A DNA stretch of 33,534 nt, from assembly GCA_015485235.1 (NCBI GenBank), contig WFTX01000073.1, positions 1-33,534 of the forward strand, in the 5' to 3' direction. Each line of letters begins with the position of its first letter. The stretch's first letter is position 1. The DNA is from Nitrospirota bacterium. Its GTDB lineage: Bacteria; Nitrospirota; Thermodesulfovibrionia; Thermodesulfovibrionales; JdFR-85. Of this stretch, positions 31,854-33,534 are shown piece by piece. The translations under genes and the position numbers were made by a program. A model generated the notes under the pieces. The model saw only the letters and a list, made by a program, of their open reading frames with translations. It made no database searches and was not told where the DNA came from.

Positions 31854-31890
31854 AAAAAAGGGCGGGTCTGGAACCCGCCCTTTTTCTTTT
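31854..31890 (+). terminator. Rho-independent terminator closing the cytochrome operon
   Basis: An 8-bp GC stem pairs gggcgggt (31860-31867) with acccgccc (31873-31880). It is extended by a flanking A-tract and T-tract (aaaaaa ... tttttcttttt). Confidence 0.88.
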
Positions 31891-31900
31891 TCCCTAATAT

Positions 31901-31997
31901 TTGCACTTGTATGATAAAAGAAAGGGACTGAAGGAAGCAGAATTGCACTTGTTCTGAGTGAAGACCGTTGCGAAGATTTGCCCCTTCGCAAGTGCAA
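31901..31997. promoter_or_regulatory. three copies of the 9-mer TTGCACTTG (two direct, one inverted) plus an 8-bp hairpin upstream of the last gene; candidate operator sites
   Basis: TTGCACTTG occurs at 31901-31909 and 31943-31951, and CAAGTGCAA at 31989-31997. The hairpin pairs ttgcgaag (31968-31975) with cttcgcaa (31984-31991). TATAAT at 32028-32033 lies only 5 nt before the ATG at 32039. Confidence 0.35.
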
Positions 31998-32038
31998 GTA
32001 CTGCAAACTGGTATGTGACGAAAAAGTTATAATAGTTC

Positions 32039-33481
32039 ATGCGACGCTTCATAAACATCCTTCTTATCATTTTCTTACTGATTCTACTACCCTCCTGCAG
32101 CAGGGATGAGAAAAGCAGATATCCCGTACCTGGCCTTGATCCCCTGAAAGAGGTCGGCATCATGGAAGACCATTCAGAGGCGCTTGTCAGATGGATGAAG
32201 AAGGGCATAAGAAAGGCCATCCTCATAAATGTGGATACCCATGACGACATTCGCTGGATACCGGTCAGGAAGGTCAAGAGGCTTGCTGAGCTCTACCGGA
32301 AGCAGGACTGGCAAGCCCTTGAGAGGGCGAATTCAACTGCTGATGAGGGGCTCTATAATGTGGGTAATTTCATTTACGCGGCGGCGAAACTCGGTATAAT
32401 CAGAGAGCTCTACTGGGTGATCCCTTATGCGAAGTTTTCTACACCAGATCCACTTGGTGGCGTGAAGAAACTCCTCGAGACTTACAGTTTTCCGGAAGAG
32501 TCAATCAGGTCCTTTGCCTTGATTGATGGCTGCGCCAGAGGGAGTTTCTATAATATCCCCGTCAGTATCTGCGGGATCGAGCGACTTCCCGAGATCAGGG
32601 AGCCTGTCATACTCAGCTTTGATATTGATTTCTACCCGCCCATGCCTGTTGACTACCGTGTTGACAGGGCGACATCGATCAGGATACTTTTCCAGGCACT
32701 TTTCAGACAAAACTATAAGCTAATGGACACGGTTGTGGCATACTCCGTGCGCGGAGGCTATCTGAGACCTTATCAAAGATGGATGGGCGATGCCACCATC
32801 GAGATACTGAAAAAACCCACTCTCATCAACTCTATGCCCGAGACATGGAGCATACTGAGTGCGGCTGATTACTACCTGAAACAAGAAAAATACACCGAAC
32901 TTGCAGGCTTTCTCGAAGGTGTAAGAAAGAAATACCCCTCTTCACTCCCTATTGATTCCTATCTGGCTTTTGGTTATCTTGGGCAAGGCAGATACACAGA
33001 TGCTCTGAGCATCGGGAAAAGCCTCTGTGACCGGGATATAAACTACTGCTATATCCTGACTGATATGGGAGTTAATCTTTCAAAGGATTCAAAGCCGGAC
33101 AAAGCAGCTCCTTTTTTCCGTTATGCCTATGAGAAGAATCCGGAGATTGATTACGGGCAGATATATTTTGCTAATGCCCTCAGAAAGGCGGGGAGGTTTG
33201 AAGAGGCTATCAGATATTATCAGTCTTACAGAAAGATGAACGGTGCTTATCCGGTGGACATGATTATCGGCGAGACCTACCTGATGATGGGTGATGAAAA
33301 GAAAGCCGGGGAGTTTTTTGATTCAGGGAGAGAGGCCTTGAAAAAGAAGAGGTATGTTGATGTAAAGAACGAGGTGGTTTCCAGTGCCTTGAGATCGGCT
33401 GTCAGGTTCTATGAAAAGACTGGCCAGAGGGAATTTGCTGAAGAAATAAGGAATGACAGGCGGATTTCTGACCTGCTGTGA
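32039..33481 (+). CDS. hypothetical lipoprotein with C-terminal TPR repeats
   Basis: The signal and lipobox read MRRFINILLIIFLLILLPSC|S. The N-terminal domain carries a VDTHDDIRW motif of unknown family. The C-terminal half has TPR-like helical pairs (YLAFGYLGQGRYTDALSIGKSL, FANALRKAGRFEEAIRYYQSY, GETYLMMGDEKKAGEFFDSG). No Shine-Dalgarno sequence is present. Confidence 0.8.
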   Translation: MRRFINILLIIFLLILLPSCSRDEKSRYPVPGLDPLKEVGIMEDHSEALVRWMKKGIRKAILINVDTHDDIRWIPVRKVKRLAELYRKQDWQALERANSTADEGLYNVGNFIYAAAKLGIIRELYWVIPYAKFSTPDPLGGVKKLLETYSFPEESIRSFALIDGCARGSFYNIPVSICGIERLPEIREPVILSFDIDFYPPMPVDYRVDRATSIRILFQALFRQNYKLMDTVVAYSVRGGYLRPYQRWMGDATIEILKKPTLINSMPETWSILSAADYYLKQEKYTELAGFLEGVRKKYPSSLPIDSYLAFGYLGQGRYTDALSIGKSLCDRDINYCYILTDMGVNLSKDSKPDKAAPFFRYAYEKNPEIDYGQIYFANALRKAGRFEEAIRYYQSYRKMNGAYPVDMIIGETYLMMGDEKKAGEFFDSGREALKKKRYVDVKNEVVSSALRSAVRFYEKTGQREFAEEIRNDRRISDLL

Positions 33482-33512
33482 CTTTGATTTCCCCTTGTTG
33501 ATTGATATATAA

Positions 33513-33534
33513 CTGTCTCTTATACACATCTCCG
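33513..33534. other. Illumina Nextera transposase adapter (mosaic end) at the contig terminus; not biological sequence
   Basis: CTGTCTCTTATACACATCTCCG is the first 22 nt of the Nextera read-through adapter CTGTCTCTTATACACATCTCCGAGCCCACGAGAC. Confidence 0.95.

Noticed and set aside
1-33534. Mobile genetic element, prophage or genomic island boundaries
   Set aside because: No integrase, transposase, tRNA attachment site or long terminal direct repeats were seen. The only inverted-repeat-bounded units are the small four-helix-bundle cassettes reported above.

Overview
33.5-kb contig-end fragment; the last 22 nt are Illumina Nextera adapter. It comes from a diderm (Gram-negative) bacterium, shown by lipoboxes, an OMP-type beta-barrel, a SurA-like PPIase and sigma-54 promoters. 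Taxon cannot be assigned from sequence alone. 21 of 22 genes lie on the + strand. Bases ~3965-31835 form one very large multihaem c-type cytochrome supercluster with seven cytochrome genes and about 90 haem-binding motifs by hand count. These are a 15-haem periplasmic-type protein, three paralogous small secreted tetrahaem proteins, an octahaem protein, and two giant proteins of 1713 aa and 1416 aa built from CX4CH...CXXCH modules. Interleaved with them are three paralogous NHL-repeat lipoproteins, an NHL/Ig-like/FG-GAP protein, a 663-aa predicted outer-membrane barrel, a parvulin PPIase, two tandem DUF1670-like HTH ORFs separated only by an in-frame TAG, and a GT-C-like membrane protein. I read this as a candidate extracellular electron-transfer or cytochrome-nanowire locus whose composition I do not recognise. 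A second layer of signal lies between genes. Spacers carry a modular simple-repeat family (GGTTGAGG-type, GCGTGTAGCG-type, CAGTG-type, GATTTAGG-type and a CCCTGCGG hairpin module). Two Avd-like four-helix-bundle genes each sit between inverted copies of these repeats, like the ORF in a 23S rRNA intervening sequence. Some repeat copies appear to have been absorbed into coding sequence. Two good sigma-54 promoters and one weaker one, two clean intrinsic terminators and a 168-nt multi-hairpin element were also found. No rRNA, tRNA, CRISPR array, transposase or integrase was seen.
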